From Macrostomum hystrix (taxonomy: Eukaryota > Animalia > Platyhelminthes), in NCBI GenBank assembly GCA_950097015.1, contig CATNEN010000002.1:558001-622000 (forward strand): a stretch of DNA of 64,000 nucleotides, read 5' to 3'. Of this stretch, positions 1 through 13,500 are shown piece by piece; position 1 is the first letter of the stretch, and every line of letters begins with the position of its first letter. The notes beneath the pieces are model-generated. The model made no database searches. It was not told the DNA's origin and saw only the letters and a program-made list of their open reading frames with translations. The position numbers and the translations under genes are program-made.

Positions 1-596
1 TTTTTATTTTGGCTTGCCTGTAACTCCCGTACGAATACGGCAGTTTTATCAGTCAATTGACTTACTTATCAAACTACTGAATGCAACACTATGCGCTCAC
101 AATCAGCTGTGAGGCTTTCTACGAGCGTAAATTCAAAACAAGGCCTAAACTTTTCTCTCCGTGGCAATGGCTGGCTGGATTAGAATATCTATGGTCTATC
201 ACATAGGGAACCACTCCGATTATTTTTTTGCAAAAATTTCGTCTGTTAAGCCTGCATTGTGCAAACAGACAAAAGACTACAGAACGGGATTTTTATTGCA
301 AGGATACCAGTCTAATACAGCCTTTGTCGAAAAGTCAAACAATCATTTCATTGGGTCTGAGGCAGAGCATGCGTCAACTTACAACCGTCAAAACGGAAAT
401 TAGAAACTAGAAAACTGTTCAACCGACAATCGCATGAACTGATTAGTTGTTAGATAAGCTATTGATAAGCTACGAGCTAGCACTGCCTTTACTCAACTGA
501 ATAATCTATGACGACTCAAAAGCAACACAAATTAAAAAGCGATCGCAATGAGCTTAGCTTAGCATTTCGCATATACAATGTACTTACTTAACTCAC

Positions 597-3500
597 TGCA
601 GTTAATTGAATGCTCTGTTCGATTGAGCACATTCTTGCCAGCTGCAGTTTGATTCACGTGGCAGACTATCCGGACATGGCTTGGAGCTTGGCATTGCTGC
701 AGTGAAATCTTGAGAATCGTACCATTTTCAACTGGTAAAAGTTTCGGCACTGACACACTGGAATCGCTCTGCAAAGTTGGGGTAGCGCTTTGAATTTCGG
801 AATACTTGTGAAGGGATGGACACGTCAGGCACGTCAGAAGCGCATGGATGCTTAAGAATTTGTGAAGAAATAACACGAGCGAAAGTCAGGAAGGAAGCAG
901 AAGACGGAAATTAGGGAGCTCTTCTTAGACGATAGAATATGCTTGTATTGACATTACAAAGCTGATACGAGCGAATCTGACAAGGGCAATGGTGGGATGA
1001 TTGACAAAGTGAACTATTGCATTAGAGTATTTCAATCAATATAAGCAAAACTAGTAGCATGTTAATAATAATAATATTCCAGGAGGGCTGCGGGCAATGG
1101 CACATCATTTAGTGACACTAGACCCGCAGCAACCCCGAAACTTGTAGCGTAAAAGGACAACGAATTTCCAAACCTATATGAAGAAATGGACTCACTAAAT
1201 TCATCGAACACATTTTACTTGGCTTTGGATTCGCTTCCGAAACTGAAACTTCAACAAACGCGTGACTTTGGTTCGGTCCATGAAGCTTGAAGGTAACCTG
1301 AGGCTGATCTACAAAGAAATAAATCAATAGCAGAAACTGGTGATTGGATGATGATGAAAAATTGATGAGAACTATTCTGTATCTCTCACAAAATACGCTG
1401 ACGTTTTGAACAAGCTGATCAGCTCTGCTTGAGCACGGGTGATTGGCGATGCACACCAGTTTGGACCCGTGCATCGATCGACGCGCTGTGATGCGGAACG
1501 CGGACTGGCCGTTCGATTCAGAAATATTTTCTAGTGAGATCTTCTCCTGCAAAGCAGTTTGTTCAGTTATTTTGTGCTTATGTGATTCTTATATGCCAAT
1601 AAAGATATTGAAAAGATACAGATTGGAGTTTAGTCTTGAGCTGCAGCCAGCATTGGTGCTTCACTTGAGGGCTGTCACTGACTGAGCTGACATTGACAGA
1701 AATGACGTCGCCCTCCCAAACACCGACAGTCTGCGTTGCTGTCCATGTGCTTTCTGGCTGCTCTAAAACGGAATAATTGTATCATTAAGAACACTAAACG
1801 TAAACGAATCAGTGCGCAGTGTCATCAGGCGAGACGCTGGGTTGTGTACTATTTTCCGTCAGTCTAATTATTGATTCCGGCTTCCGTTTCGACTACCTCT
1901 TCCACTTCCATCTGTTGCTACCCAAACCTCTTATTGGTCAAATCTCAAAAAATCAATCCGATTGATACAGATTGAAGTCTCGCTGTTTTGCGCTACTAAA
2001 CAGAAAATTTCCGCAACCCAACCACAATGACTCCTGCAAGGCTTTGAAAGCAGCCGACATGTGCTCAATGGAGCTCATTCACAGTGCATGCGAATCTTTT
2101 CCTAAGTTCTCTGAGTGCAATAGTTCGACACACTAGCGGATACTTTTCACCTGCTCCCAAGGCATACGATCAAAATTATTAGGACACGGCCAATGCCGCA
2201 CGTCGCAACGAATACATACAGCACTATCGAGCTGTTTTGGCCGGGGTCGGTGGCAGAGCGGTAAACGCATTTGACTCTCGCACCAAGGTCCCTAAGTTCA
2301 ATTCCACGGCGAGGCCACATTTATTTGGGTCGCAGACGCAGAGAGAAGGCTTGGGGTGTAACGCACTGAAACACTAAGTGCACTAAAACGCATATGGTGG
2401 GATTGGCTACATCTCAGGGGCTTGTAAAATGCACAATCAATGACAATTCACACCATTGAGGGCCGACCTCCAAGGCACAGTGAAGGGTACACTGCTTGAC
2501 GATGAGAAAGTCAGGGCAGATGTACACACCTGTTTGGGCGTATGTCTGCGTACGGTATTTGTGTGCGCGTTTGCTCAGAAGTCAGCGAATTGCCTCTTTG
2601 CCGGTTGCGGGTCTAGTGTCACCAAATGATGTGCCACTGCCCGCAGCCCTCCCGCAATTCTTATTTTTCTAATCAGATGTTTTGACTTACAATTCAACCC
2701 ATGCAGTCGCAACATACAATTCAGGCTTAACTTGTTTCTGTTCATTCCAAATATAATATGTTTGCATGTATAAAGTCAAACAGAAGCTCAAGTTTCTCTA
2801 ACAGTGTGGGCATGTCAGAGCAATGAACGAGAAGTACTCACTTTGCAGGTTAATTATGCTGCTGTTAAACTCTGCCGCATCGGCACCCGATAAATTTTGC
2901 TTCATTCTGCAGCTAATCACCTTCCCACTGTCCTCCAATGTCACGTTGAAACTGAAGGCAAAGCCACCCTGGACCACTTTCTGCAAAAATGTAACCATGG
3001 TATCTTAAGACTTCGCTTTAAGCAATCCCAGTCACATATGGGATAGCTGATGTCGGGGCTAAAGTGATTTAAGCATTTTGTACTTGGCCTCACATTGCGT
3101 GACTCTGAAAATGTGCCAGCGAAAGTGCAGCTGACAAATGAGGCTTCAGGATTTCCAAGGTCGGTCACATTGAGGCGGAAATGTGCAGTGAAGCCGTGAC
3201 ACAAGACTGGGGACAGCTGCTGTACTGTTGCAGCTGGCCGGTCTACAATGGAATAACATTCGTATTTAGCTTGTGTATGACACTTGCAATCTGTTCTACA
3301 CAGCTTATTTTGAAAGACAGAATGCCAGTTTAAACTTTTCGGTAAATTCAGGGAGGAAAAACCTCAGTAAAAACGGAGACTATTGACCAAGTCCGAGGGC
3401 ATTGAGTAGATATACTCTAGGAATATACATCTAGAAGTGTTAGTTGGACTCAGAGTCAGAGTCTGAAATTTAATAAAGAATTTGAATAGTGTCTGTATAT

Positions 3501-6500
3501 ACTCGCATGCGCATTGACCGCTAACACAAACTGCTCAGAAACAGTTTTTCTTACGTTGAATGGCTTCTTGGTAAGTCACGTGACTGGGACACGTCACTTG
3601 TACCACTCATGCGGAGGGTAGGAAATTAACATTCTTGGGGTTCGCTTCCAGCCCAGTTGCTATGCCAAATATCCATTAGCAACCAGCTAAGGGAAAGAGA
3701 AATTAGAAGTACAGAAGCAAATAAAGCAGAGAATGGAGCATCATCATGAGACAAGGGACAGCAGAAAGGGGAGGGACAGGAGATGATAAGAAATAATTGT
3801 GCAAACAAACAATATTTCCAAAATGGAATTCTCTAGCAATCTACAAGCCTTTGGGTTTCCATGAAACTGATCAGCTTCTTCCAACCACAGAACAGACCCA
3901 GGCTACTCACAGTACACAGGTGGAGCATTTATAGACTCGTTCCTTTCACAGCCGAGTCCCGGCTGGCTCACAGAGCACCGGATGCGGGCTGAAGAACCCC
4001 ATCGTCTGGATGCGTGTCCGGTGAAAGACTCGCTTGCGACTGACTTCTGCAGAAATGAAGCCGATAAATCAGCGACCATTTCTCATGAAAGTAGCTCAAA
4101 ATGTCCAACTAAAGAAGGCATGTGACTTCAAATCTCCCATTATTTCTTAGAAAGCTGCTTGCGATAGAATTATTAGACATTCTAAAATATTTTATAAACT
4201 ACTTACAGAGAGGCTTCTCATTGTTTCTTCTCCTTGCTGGGTGAGCACTGAGCAATGATAGCTGGTGTGAAACGGCCAGTTGCTGCTTGTTGAGTTCACT
4301 GTGACACTGACGACTGATCCTTCCAGCCAGTAGCTGCCGGGTGACAGTGAGATGCGAGCCTCACAGGGGTCTGAAGTGCACGCAGGGTGTAAGCAAAGAT
4401 AATGATTCGCTTGTCACACGTGCTTCAAATATTTCTATCTAAGATTTTGTAGCATATCAGCTTACAAACTAACGGAGGAATTTTCAGTGTTTGCTTTGTA
4501 GTTTCAGATTTGGTATTGTACGCAGAGTGGCTCTCATTTGAACTTAATTCTTGTCCACAAGAGATACAGCTGTTCTCGAGGGATGAGCTCACATCCAACC
4601 TGAACTCGTAGACCACGTTTAGACAGAAGTGGCACGAGCTGGTGCTTTTGGTTTCCAATTTCTGAAAATGTCGGCAATTGCTTGTTTAGTCCGACTCATT
4701 GCCAAATATGACTGCCATGTGCTAGCTGTCTTACATTCACTCACCACGAGTTTCCTTTTTATTTCGTATGTTGAGTAGTTCTGACATTTGTAAGTAACTT
4801 GTTGTTCTCCAAGTCCAATTTTCTGCTCCAAGCAGTTGCAAACTCTACAGGCAATCAATGTCACAGGAAATCCGCCATCACTGGTGACGCTGAAGTTGAC
4901 GGATCTTCCTTCTACCCAGAACTGGCGCCCACCGATTTGAAGACCGGAATCATTGAAGTTTAATTGCAAGTCCTTGGGTTTCACTGAGTGAAATGTGGGC
5001 ATTCATTTATTATATAATTCTGTTTACGGCAAGCACAGACAACAAGATAATCATATTATTTAAAAAATTATATTATTTTGTTTTAGTATTCAGAGGGATG
5101 CAATCGGCTGCCATTGCGCAACCGTCAGTCAAATTGACCCGAACCTAGCTGGGCCGCAGCATGAAAAATGTAGTGAGAATGGATCTGGACCCTTGATGTG
5201 TGAGTCTCATCAGATATCCTAATACGGTGGAATGCCAGACTGCATGATCGCACAGCTGACACTGTTGAAGGCAGCTAATCTGAGAGCTCTCTGATTCGGA
5301 GAGCTAATCTGAGGTGAGCAACGATTTGATCCGCTGAGTTCATTCAATCTCTCTTGTTTTCATCATGAGTAAAGTAAAAAAATCAGAAAAAAGTATATCG
5401 AAGTACCATCGAGTTGCAGCCTTGTCGAGGCACTGCGGGTTGAGTTGTGGCAGCTGAATTCGCACAGGAGAACCCAATCGAACAGACTGTTCATTGGTTT
5501 GAGTTCCAGCAAAAAGTTCCATGCCTCAGGCTTCAAAACTGTCTGGAATAAGAAAAAATCACCACTTCGTGCTTGCTCACAGGCAAAACTGATCAACCAA
5601 GGTGAAAGGTCAGCTCAGGACTCACCAAGTTCCCATTCCACTGCTCGCCAGCCTGAGATGTGATCCTGCAGCTGGGCTGTCTGCCGGAATCCATTGGGCA
5701 CAGCAGAGACACGTTCACAAGGACTGAATCACCGAGTTTCAAATGTTTCAGCCCAGGTTTGCATCGCTCAGTCTTGCTCGAGGCGGCGGCACAAGTAGAA
5801 AAATAAGCATGGTTTGCTTCTGCACAGGAGTGAGAGATGCCCAGTGTTTTAGAGAGAGTAGAACAAGTCCATATTACAAGTCCAAAAATATTCAGTTCGG
5901 AATATTACGAGCGCATAGCAATTTTAAGGCTCAATGAGATCAATGAGATACGAAAGCTCACCTTCTGTGATATCCAAGCCGTTGAAGGATGAGAATGAAC
6001 TCCCTGGACGCTGCCGAATAAGAATGTGCTCAGTCGGCTGCAATGTGAGTTGTGATGCATGAGCTTAGAACAGTCATCTGATCAATCTGGACTCTCAGTC
6101 GAGTCAGTGGAGAGTGCAGTTACCAGTGGAATGGCGGTCCTGTTGCACTGCACGAAGAACTCCGCAGTCGAGCCGGCTGAGACGCCTGCCCAGCCACAGG
6201 AGGACAGAGTGGTCGAGTTGTGTCTGAGCACGGCGCGGCAGTTCGAGTCAGCCGCGAACGCTTCGGGTGGCAACCAGCTGCCGAGGAGAACCTGCAAGCC
6301 GCTGCCTCCAGCTGAAATTGCAAAGCGGCTGGCTTGACAACAACGAACTGACTCTGAGCTCAGCTGCGACTCACCTGCGTGCACAGTGACAGACAGCACT
6401 CGGACTTCTCTGACCAGCTTCAGCAGCAGCCAGTGGAAGCCGTCAGAGTCAGCGACTCTCCCGAGGCTCCAGGGCTGCTCGCTGAACTGGGACTCGCTGA

Positions 6501-7078
6501 CGCAGCTCGAAGAACTGGCTCCGCCGGACTGCCAAGCGGCAGCCACGTCCGCGATGGAGACGCGGAACGTCCGGCTGTCAGCCGCGCCTGCCAGTAGGCC
6601 TGAGGGTGGTGGGATTGGGTCGAATTATGTAGAAAAAACATGCAGAAATGTAGCAGGCAGTCACGGTATATTAATGGTCATTTTGGAGTGATAAAAACGG
6701 CTCCGGTCTGAAATCTCCTCTCCAAAGATTTTATGCGACCGATTGAATAAATACAGAATTGAACTCACTGCCAACTGAAATGGCTGTGACAGCTGACGCA
6801 ATACGAGCTATTAGGTTAGGGAATTTGAAGTTTGCAAGAAGACCAAATTTTTATTTAGTTTTTTTCTAGAATTTTTAAGAATACATAGCTGTTTAATAAA
6901 CCATTGAACAAGTTACTGGTTCGTAAGTCTGTTAGGTTGCCGTTCGTTTCTTGATTGAGCATTTGTGATCGAGGATTGAGTTCAGTATCGCAGCATTCTT
7001 ACCACACAAGCAGCAGCAGCAGCAGAGCCAGGACCACAAGAAGCTCTGCCAAGAAGACAGTTGACAGAAGCTCGGCAT
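597..7078 (-). CDS. Multi-exon Ig-superfamily-like single-pass receptor, copy 0 (5' exons; TM exon lies left of the window)
   Basis: Phase-consistent GT-AG exons read by hand: 7078-7003 (signal peptide MPSFCQLSSWQSFLWSWLCCCCCLC), ~6599-6380, ~6337-6120, ~5590-5370, 4983-4745, 4661-4466, 4370-4207, 4046-3911, 3242-3094, 2980-2842, 1762-1620, 1546-1390, ~755-597. Domains are encoded as phase 1-0-1 exon pairs with Ig-like motifs (WxEG..V, GxP, D.G..xC). Many N-glycosylation sequons. Confidence 0.78.
2239..2317 (+). repeat. tRNA-derived SINE-like head (intronic)
   Basis: A-box-like TGGCAGAGCGGT and B-box-like GTTCAATTCC, GGCC...GGCCA ends; does not fold as an intact tRNA. Copies at 41169-41247 and 54192-54270 have a different downstream body. 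Confidence 0.5.
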
Positions 7079-8122
7079 TTTTTGTTGCAGCTAATGAAAG
7101 TGGTACTCGAGCTTCTGCTGCTAATTAAGAAATTCGGGTTTGTGTTTCAGTCAAGCTGCCTTTTATATATTGATCCGCCAAGGGTCGGGAATAGAAAGCA
7201 GCCCTGTCAGCTGTTGCTGCTAAATACCGATTTGGTCCATCGGTGTGCCGATTTTGGCAGTTTTAATGCACTGTGGATAGAGCTAGCGTGCATTGTAAAC
7301 AATGATTCTGCCAGCAACGAGGCGCAGCACCTCAACAGAAATCAGCTGCATCGAAGCTTTGCGTTCGGCCTCTCAAAGCCATTTTTCTTTGTGCTGAAAC
7401 AGGACAGAGAAATAAGAAATGCAGGAAGAGACAATGCAAAGACTGAAACACATCCTTGCTGATGTATATTTCATTTAGCGATTCATAAAGTATTCTTGTC
7501 TTTCCTTTTTGCCTAAAATTATTCACTCTAACAATTCCTGTGTAAGCAAACAGGCAAACATAAACATCACTGATTCAACTTTAACTAAGAATAAGCTATA
7601 CAAATTAAATACATTGAATTGCTGATTGTAGTGTTTGCACTAGCCAAATATAGAATGCGCCTGACACTTTACCAGCGACCATCTAGTAAAATTAAATACT
7701 CACTGATTAACCAGATAATTATTCATCTGCTATCAGACTCGGATAAAGTTTCATCCAACAACTGAATGGTTATTGACAAGTTTAAATTGGAATTTTACAT
7801 GGCTTAGGACTAGGACCAGTGGAATAGCGGTCCTGTTGCACTGCACGAAGAACTCCGCAGTCGAGCCGTCTGAGACGTTCAGTGTTCAGTCATCGCGAGA
7901 GTGCCATGAGTCAAGCTTAGACTGGTGTCTGTATCTTCTGACACCTTTTAACTCTGACCTGTCAACTAGTTTTTTTGTTAAAAGACACGACGCGAAAAGA
8001 CACGACGATAGAAACAAAATGACAACGCAATAGTCAGTTATATAGTCAAGCGCCCGCCCCAGCTCTCATCAAAGCCTGGCTGCCGTCCGCGCCGCTTGTT
8101 CTTCTGCCAGGTCGACCCTGCC

Positions 8123-8326
8123 AGTAGTAGGAGTTATGTTCACTCTGCCGCAGGATTTTCCGTGGAAAAGCCACGGGGCTCAGTGTGTAAACATAGGCGC
8201 CCATGTAAATGCATTGGTGGATTCTGCCGCAGGGAAAGCCGTGGCAGTTCCGGGGAGGCCCAGGCGGATTTGCTAAAAATAGAAACAAGGGAAGTGTACA
8301 TTACTGACCTACTTTTACAAAGCATG
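8123..8326 (+). repeat. Polinton left terminal inverted repeat
   Basis: Reverse complement of 32622-32824 with 3 substitutions and a 1-bp indel. Confidence 0.95.
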
Positions 8327-8639
8327 GAATTCTCAAATAATCAATACCAAATAAGCTTACTCCTATTATTCATTTGCTGAGTACCGGTGCGCTTGAACTT
8401 AAGCGGTTAAAGGTGTTAAGTGGTGATCGCGCACGGGGCCCAGGAGTTGTTGCTTTGTGGTGAACGAACTATAGAGCATAGGAGAGATAATAAATTATGT
8501 CCAAAGTTTCCTGCACAACACTACGGCACAACAACAACATTTTCAAGCGATAAAGCTGGGATGCTTGTAGCAGTCGGCAATTTTCTCTGATGTTATCTAC
8601 TTGGAATTAGTGTATGTACATAAGCAAGCTGTAAACATA

Positions 8640-8680
8640 GGCGGGAGTGGATATAGGCGGAGGGATTGGATATAAAGACT
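8640..8680 (+). promoter_or_regulatory. Candidate promoter (duplicated GGCGG-GGATATA, ATTGG, TATAAA) of first Polinton ORF
   Basis: ggcgggagtggatata-ggcggagggattggatataaag lies ~50 nt upstream of ATG 8724. Confidence 0.35.
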
Positions 8681-8723
8681 CGGATTTTCAATAGTAATGT
8701 TGTTATTGGGAAATTATTTAAAC

Positions 8724-9704
8724 ATGAGCAGGTACCACTGCCCTTCATACATACACGAGGTGTGCATCAATTGCAATATTTGCTCACTCGGAAAATTGAG
8801 ACATCACGTTACGCGCGAAGGCTGTACTGTCAGTCGCTGGCTCGTTTGCCATGAATGCAATTCAGCTGAGCCTTTTACCATCCGCGGACAAATTCGACGA
8901 CACAAAAATCATGCTGTTGTCAACTGGGGCTCTGCTGAAGACCTCGAGCGAGCCCGACAAACAGCATTGGAATCCGCACGCCAGCAAGAGGCATTTCAAG
9001 CGCTTGAGCGTATTCGCCAGCCTGAGAGCGCTCTTAGTCAGATCATCTCCAACGTCTGTGGTAGATCATCTTCAAACGATCATCCTGTTGCTGGTGTAGC
9101 TCCCATCCTCGCTGCCGTGCCGGCTTTGCTGCCCGATGCTACAGAAAATCTTCCGGTCGGCAGACAAGCTAACGACATCGAAATCGTAAATGCGATAGAT
9201 GCTGAAGTCATTGAGCTGGACACTGCATTTATCGAAGAGCTTCATTTTGAGGGCCAAATTAATCATCAGGATCGACCCCAACATCAGGTACTCCAACAGC
9301 TGCTGCAGCGGGAGGATTCAGAGCCTCATCAACAGCAGCAGCAGCAGCAGCAGCAGACTGGGCTGGAGCAGCATCAGCAGCAGCTGCCAGAGGAGGAGCA
9401 GGAGCAGCATCAACAGCGCCGAGCCATTCCCGCAGTTGCAGGAAAAAATATCGAGCGAGCAAGGATGCTGGCAGAAACCAACGCCCTAACTGAAATTCTC
9501 CGTGAGTTAGAGTCTGACTCTGACCCTGCTCCAGCCGCACCACCAACAGCGGCGCCGGCACAAGCAGTGGCTGATCAGGCTCCACCTGTTGTTGAAGGAC
9601 AGTTGTATCCTATTAGCATTCAATTTGTTCTGCCCAGCAGTATTACTGGTCAATATTGTATTGACTTTGGGGGAAACTTTCAAATTCAACTTAGCAACTT
9701 TTAA
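8724..9704 (+). CDS. Polinton accessory protein: N-terminal Cys/His (zinc-binding-like) region with LxCxE, then acidic and poly-Gln regions
   Basis: Open 326-codon frame from the first ATG. CxxC...HH and CxxC...HxxH clusters, LVCHE at 8841-8855, poly-Q near 9330-9360. Confidence 0.65.
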   Translation: MSRYHCPSYIHEVCINCNICSLGKLRHHVTREGCTVSRWLVCHECNSAEPFTIRGQIRRHKNHAVVNWGSAEDLERARQTALESARQQEAFQALERIRQPESALSQIISNVCGRSSSNDHPVAGVAPILAAVPALLPDATENLPVGRQANDIEIVNAIDAEVIELDTAFIEELHFEGQINHQDRPQHQVLQQLLQREDSEPHQQQQQQQQQTGLEQHQQQLPEEEQEQHQQRRAIPAVAGKNIERARMLAETNALTEILRELESDSDPAPAAPPTAAPAQAVADQAPPVVEGQLYPISIQFVLPSSITGQYCIDFGGNFQIQLSNF

Positions 9705-10588
9705 TTAAAAATCACTATCCGTTTTTCCATTTAGTCACATTATTTTTTAATAATTTCATCTCTTTTGGCAGTGGCTTTTTAAATAAGGAATAGCACAAAC
9801 AATAAAATCTACAAAGCTGGTTTAGCACATATCTCTTCCAACTTTGTTTGGCTACACATTTCAAAATAGTTTTATTACAATTTGTAGATATTTAACCTGC
9901 GTGCTGCTTTTTGTGTGTGTTGTAGGTGTGACATCATCTGAGTTACATACATTGAAAATAAATTGACGAGACAGGTTATGGATTAAATAAATTTCAAAAA
10001 AAGTTTTCTTGGATTTCAGATTTTCTTTTGAAAATGAAAGGCTGCTTACTTTTTACGATACGTAGATAATAAAGTGCTAAGAAATATAGTGTGATAATCA
10101 TTTGAATAAAATATGTTTCTGATATTTGTCACTAGACTTACTATTATTGTAATTATAATAATAATTATTATTATTAATCTACTTAATAATTTTCTTTCAG
10201 TCACTGAAAATAATTCATGAATAAGTATGGCCGTCTCAAACGGAGGCTTAAATTATTTCGAGTCAAGCAATTCAAGCGAGTCATTTTATTCTTCTGATAG
10301 ATATGGTGAGAATTATCATTATAGTTTTTATTTGATCGCAAACTATGTTCAAGTTTCCGAAATAATTTCAGAAATAAACGTATTTGAAAAGTCGCTACGG
10401 TTATTAGAAAAACAAATATTGCAAATCACTGCATAAATTGAATGCCGATTTGTGTTTTATATAAAGAATTTATAAATTTAGGAATATTCTCTGACTGAAA
10501 TTTAATGATATAAGCAAGCTTTCTCAAATTCGTATTCACCTGCCAAATCGGGAAAATTAATTTATATAGGACTACAGTAACTGAAAAT

Positions 10589-13500
10589 TTGGGTGCTTTT
10601 AATTGGTTAGATACTAAACTATTACGAGGCTACATAAATTGCTTCCTTATCCTTTTAATTCTATTACGAGGCTACAAACTTCCTTTCTTATCCATTAAAT
10701 TTGCAGGAATCCCATTCCGATCTTCCATCATATCAGCTGCACACGATCATGTCCTTGAAGTGCTGCGTTTTATTCCGACAGTTCAGTGCGATCCGTTTGA
10801 ATTTCTTCATGTGACTAAAGAAGCCGTTCGACAAGCGCTTGAAATACGACTCGACTCTTCTGATGGTCAGTCTATTCGCGCACAACTCAAGCTCAACGTT
10901 CGCATGATCAGGCTAGCTGCAATTTAGATGTTTTGCCTGTTCATACCGAAATCAAGTATGTCGCGCACCACTTGGTATGTCTGAATGCCATATGTGAGTT
11001 TGAAAACTGGTGGATGCAGCAATTCACTGAACTTGAGCGCAAAATTGATACTTACAATTCCAATGGTAGTGGCTGGGTCGTTAATGGTCTGAATCACTTG
11101 GATCTGTGCAGTACTCTATCTGATCGGATTCGTTACTATTCCGGTAGATGCAGCGAATTTAATTTGCCTATTGAGCTACTCAACAAGAAGGCTCTCATCA
11201 ACCCTCCCAGTAATGGAAATGACTGTTTCCGTTTTGCCTGCTTGGCCTATCTTCATCGCGATGATCCTGCAGTGAAAAAATCTGGTCATAGATTATCAAC
11301 TTACAAAAACTGGGAGGCAGAAATTGATTTAACAGGCATTAATTTCCCCATCTCAATTAGCGACCTCGATGAAGTCGAGCAGAGAAACGCTGAAATATGT
11401 TTTACCGTTTTAACATGGGAGAATTCGAAGCCTTCAGTGATTCGTCAACCTAGCACTGTAATTAGCAACATCGCGAAATATTGTTCTACTTATGTTAGTC
11501 CAGCCATGTAATCTTCGCAAGGACTCATCCGATATCGACATTGGTGATAATATATGTGACAATCTTGGCCACTGGTGTGCTGTTAGCAGCCTTGATAGGC
11601 TCTTCAATAGCAAACTAGGCTTTCGGAATCGAAAGTGGTGTGAGCGATGTTTGAGTAATTTTCGTACTGAAATTGATCTTCACTCTCACCAGGTGCATTG
11701 CAATCTTCAACAATCGACATCCATCAAGGAGAATATGCCAGAGCCAGAAAGCTTCATGCGCTTCACATCCTGGGAAAAGACGCTGAGTCCTCCTTTTGTT
11801 GTCTACGCCGACTTCGAGGCATTTAATGTCCCAACTGCTTCAGTTGATGATTATGATACATCAGCAATCATCAGGCTGACTGAGCACGTGCCCGCTGCTG
11901 CTGGCTACATCACAATCGCCCGAGAGGGGATTAGTCAGTTGTGTAGGCCTAGTGAGGAGGTAGCACTCTTTTGTGATTCTGATGCACACACCTGTGTCAA
12001 AGAATTCTTGATGTCACTAGAAAAGCTGGCTAGGAAAGTTTATGGTTGGAATAAAGAGTTCAGCCACAAACCTGCACTCAAGCATAATGAAGACATTCGA
12101 AAATTCCACGAATCTGTGTGCTGCCACTATTGTGGAGAAGTTATTTCATCTTCTAGTGAGAAGCACTGGGACCACGATCACTTGACTGGCGCATTCCGCG
12201 GCGCTGCCTGCAGCTCGTGTAACAAGCTAGCTAGACTTAAGCGTCGCTTTCTACCAATTGTCATGCATAACTTGCGTAACTATGACCTGCACCTCATCTT
12301 CTCTACCGCCCTTGGCAACATGCCTGGCTGGAAAATCAGCGTCATCCCACAAACAGCCGAGGCATACCTATCAATGCGAGTTGAGTTCAAAATCGATTAG
12401 TATGAAAAGGATGGCAGGATGATCCCACTGAGCTTCACACTTCAGTTTATTGATAGCTTCCTGTTTCTACACAGTAGCATTGCACAGCTTATTGCGAATT
12501 TGTCGGAAGATGAATGCAAAGTGACGTCTCGGATGCAGGAGCATTACCCAAATGTGAGCGATGAAGTCCTTTTTTCAAAAGGTGTATTCCCATATGACTA
12601 TCTATCTGGTAGTCATGTACTCTATGATACACAACTGCCTAGCCGAGAGCATTTTTTTAATCGATTAAACAACTGCGAATGCAGCACAAATGATTATGTG
12701 CATGTTCAAAGAGCGTGGCGCGAATTCGATGTAGCCAATTTGCGTCACTACATGCTCTGTTACCTTGAGTTAGATGTCCGTCAACTTGCGGATATTTTTG
12801 AAAATTTCCGTCGACTCAGCCTCCGAGAAGATGGTCTGGATCCGGTTCATTTTGTTTCAACACCGGGGCTTTCGTTTGCTTCAGCAATTAAGTCGCTTTC
12901 TGGCATTGCAAAAGTAGGCATCCAGCTTTTGAGCGACAATGAAATGTATCGGACCTTCGAGCGAGGAATCCGTGGTGGCATGTGCTTTGTCAACGTCCAT
13001 CATGTTCGAGCGAGTGCGACTGACATCACTGAAGCCGAAACTGATAAACAACCAACCAAAAGTTTGCTAGCAATCGATGCGAACAATCTATATGGCCATG
13101 CTCTCACAATGCCACTCCCCGTCAGAGACTTCCGTTGGCTCAGTGAGGGGGAAGTCATCGTCTGGACGGAAGAGAGATTTTTGTGCCTGGATGAAAATGG
13201 TCCCGTTGGCTATCTTGTTGAGGCCGACCTTCACTATCCCATAGAGATTCATGATTACACTGCTGATCTGCCGTTTGCACCCGAAAGGCAAAAACCTAGT
13301 TTCGATGAATTCCCGCCGCACATGAAGCACCTATGGAATTTGTTGCATCAAGAAAATCAACAGCAGCACCAGCAGCAGCACCAGCAGCAAAGACAACAGC
13401 AGCAACAACATGAACCCGCTAAATCAAGTAACTGTGGGAAGGAATATTGTGGTGTTGAAAAACTACTCCTGACCTGCAAGAACAAACTGGCCTACGTGCT

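Noticed and set aside
3626-3808. Hydrophobic ORF as a TM exon (copies 42264, 55287)
   Set aside because: Lies in the intron between phase-compatible exons 3911 and 3242.
10227-10436. Small ORF upstream of pPolB
   Set aside because: AT-rich with no motif; might be a pPolB 5' piece but this cannot be supported.
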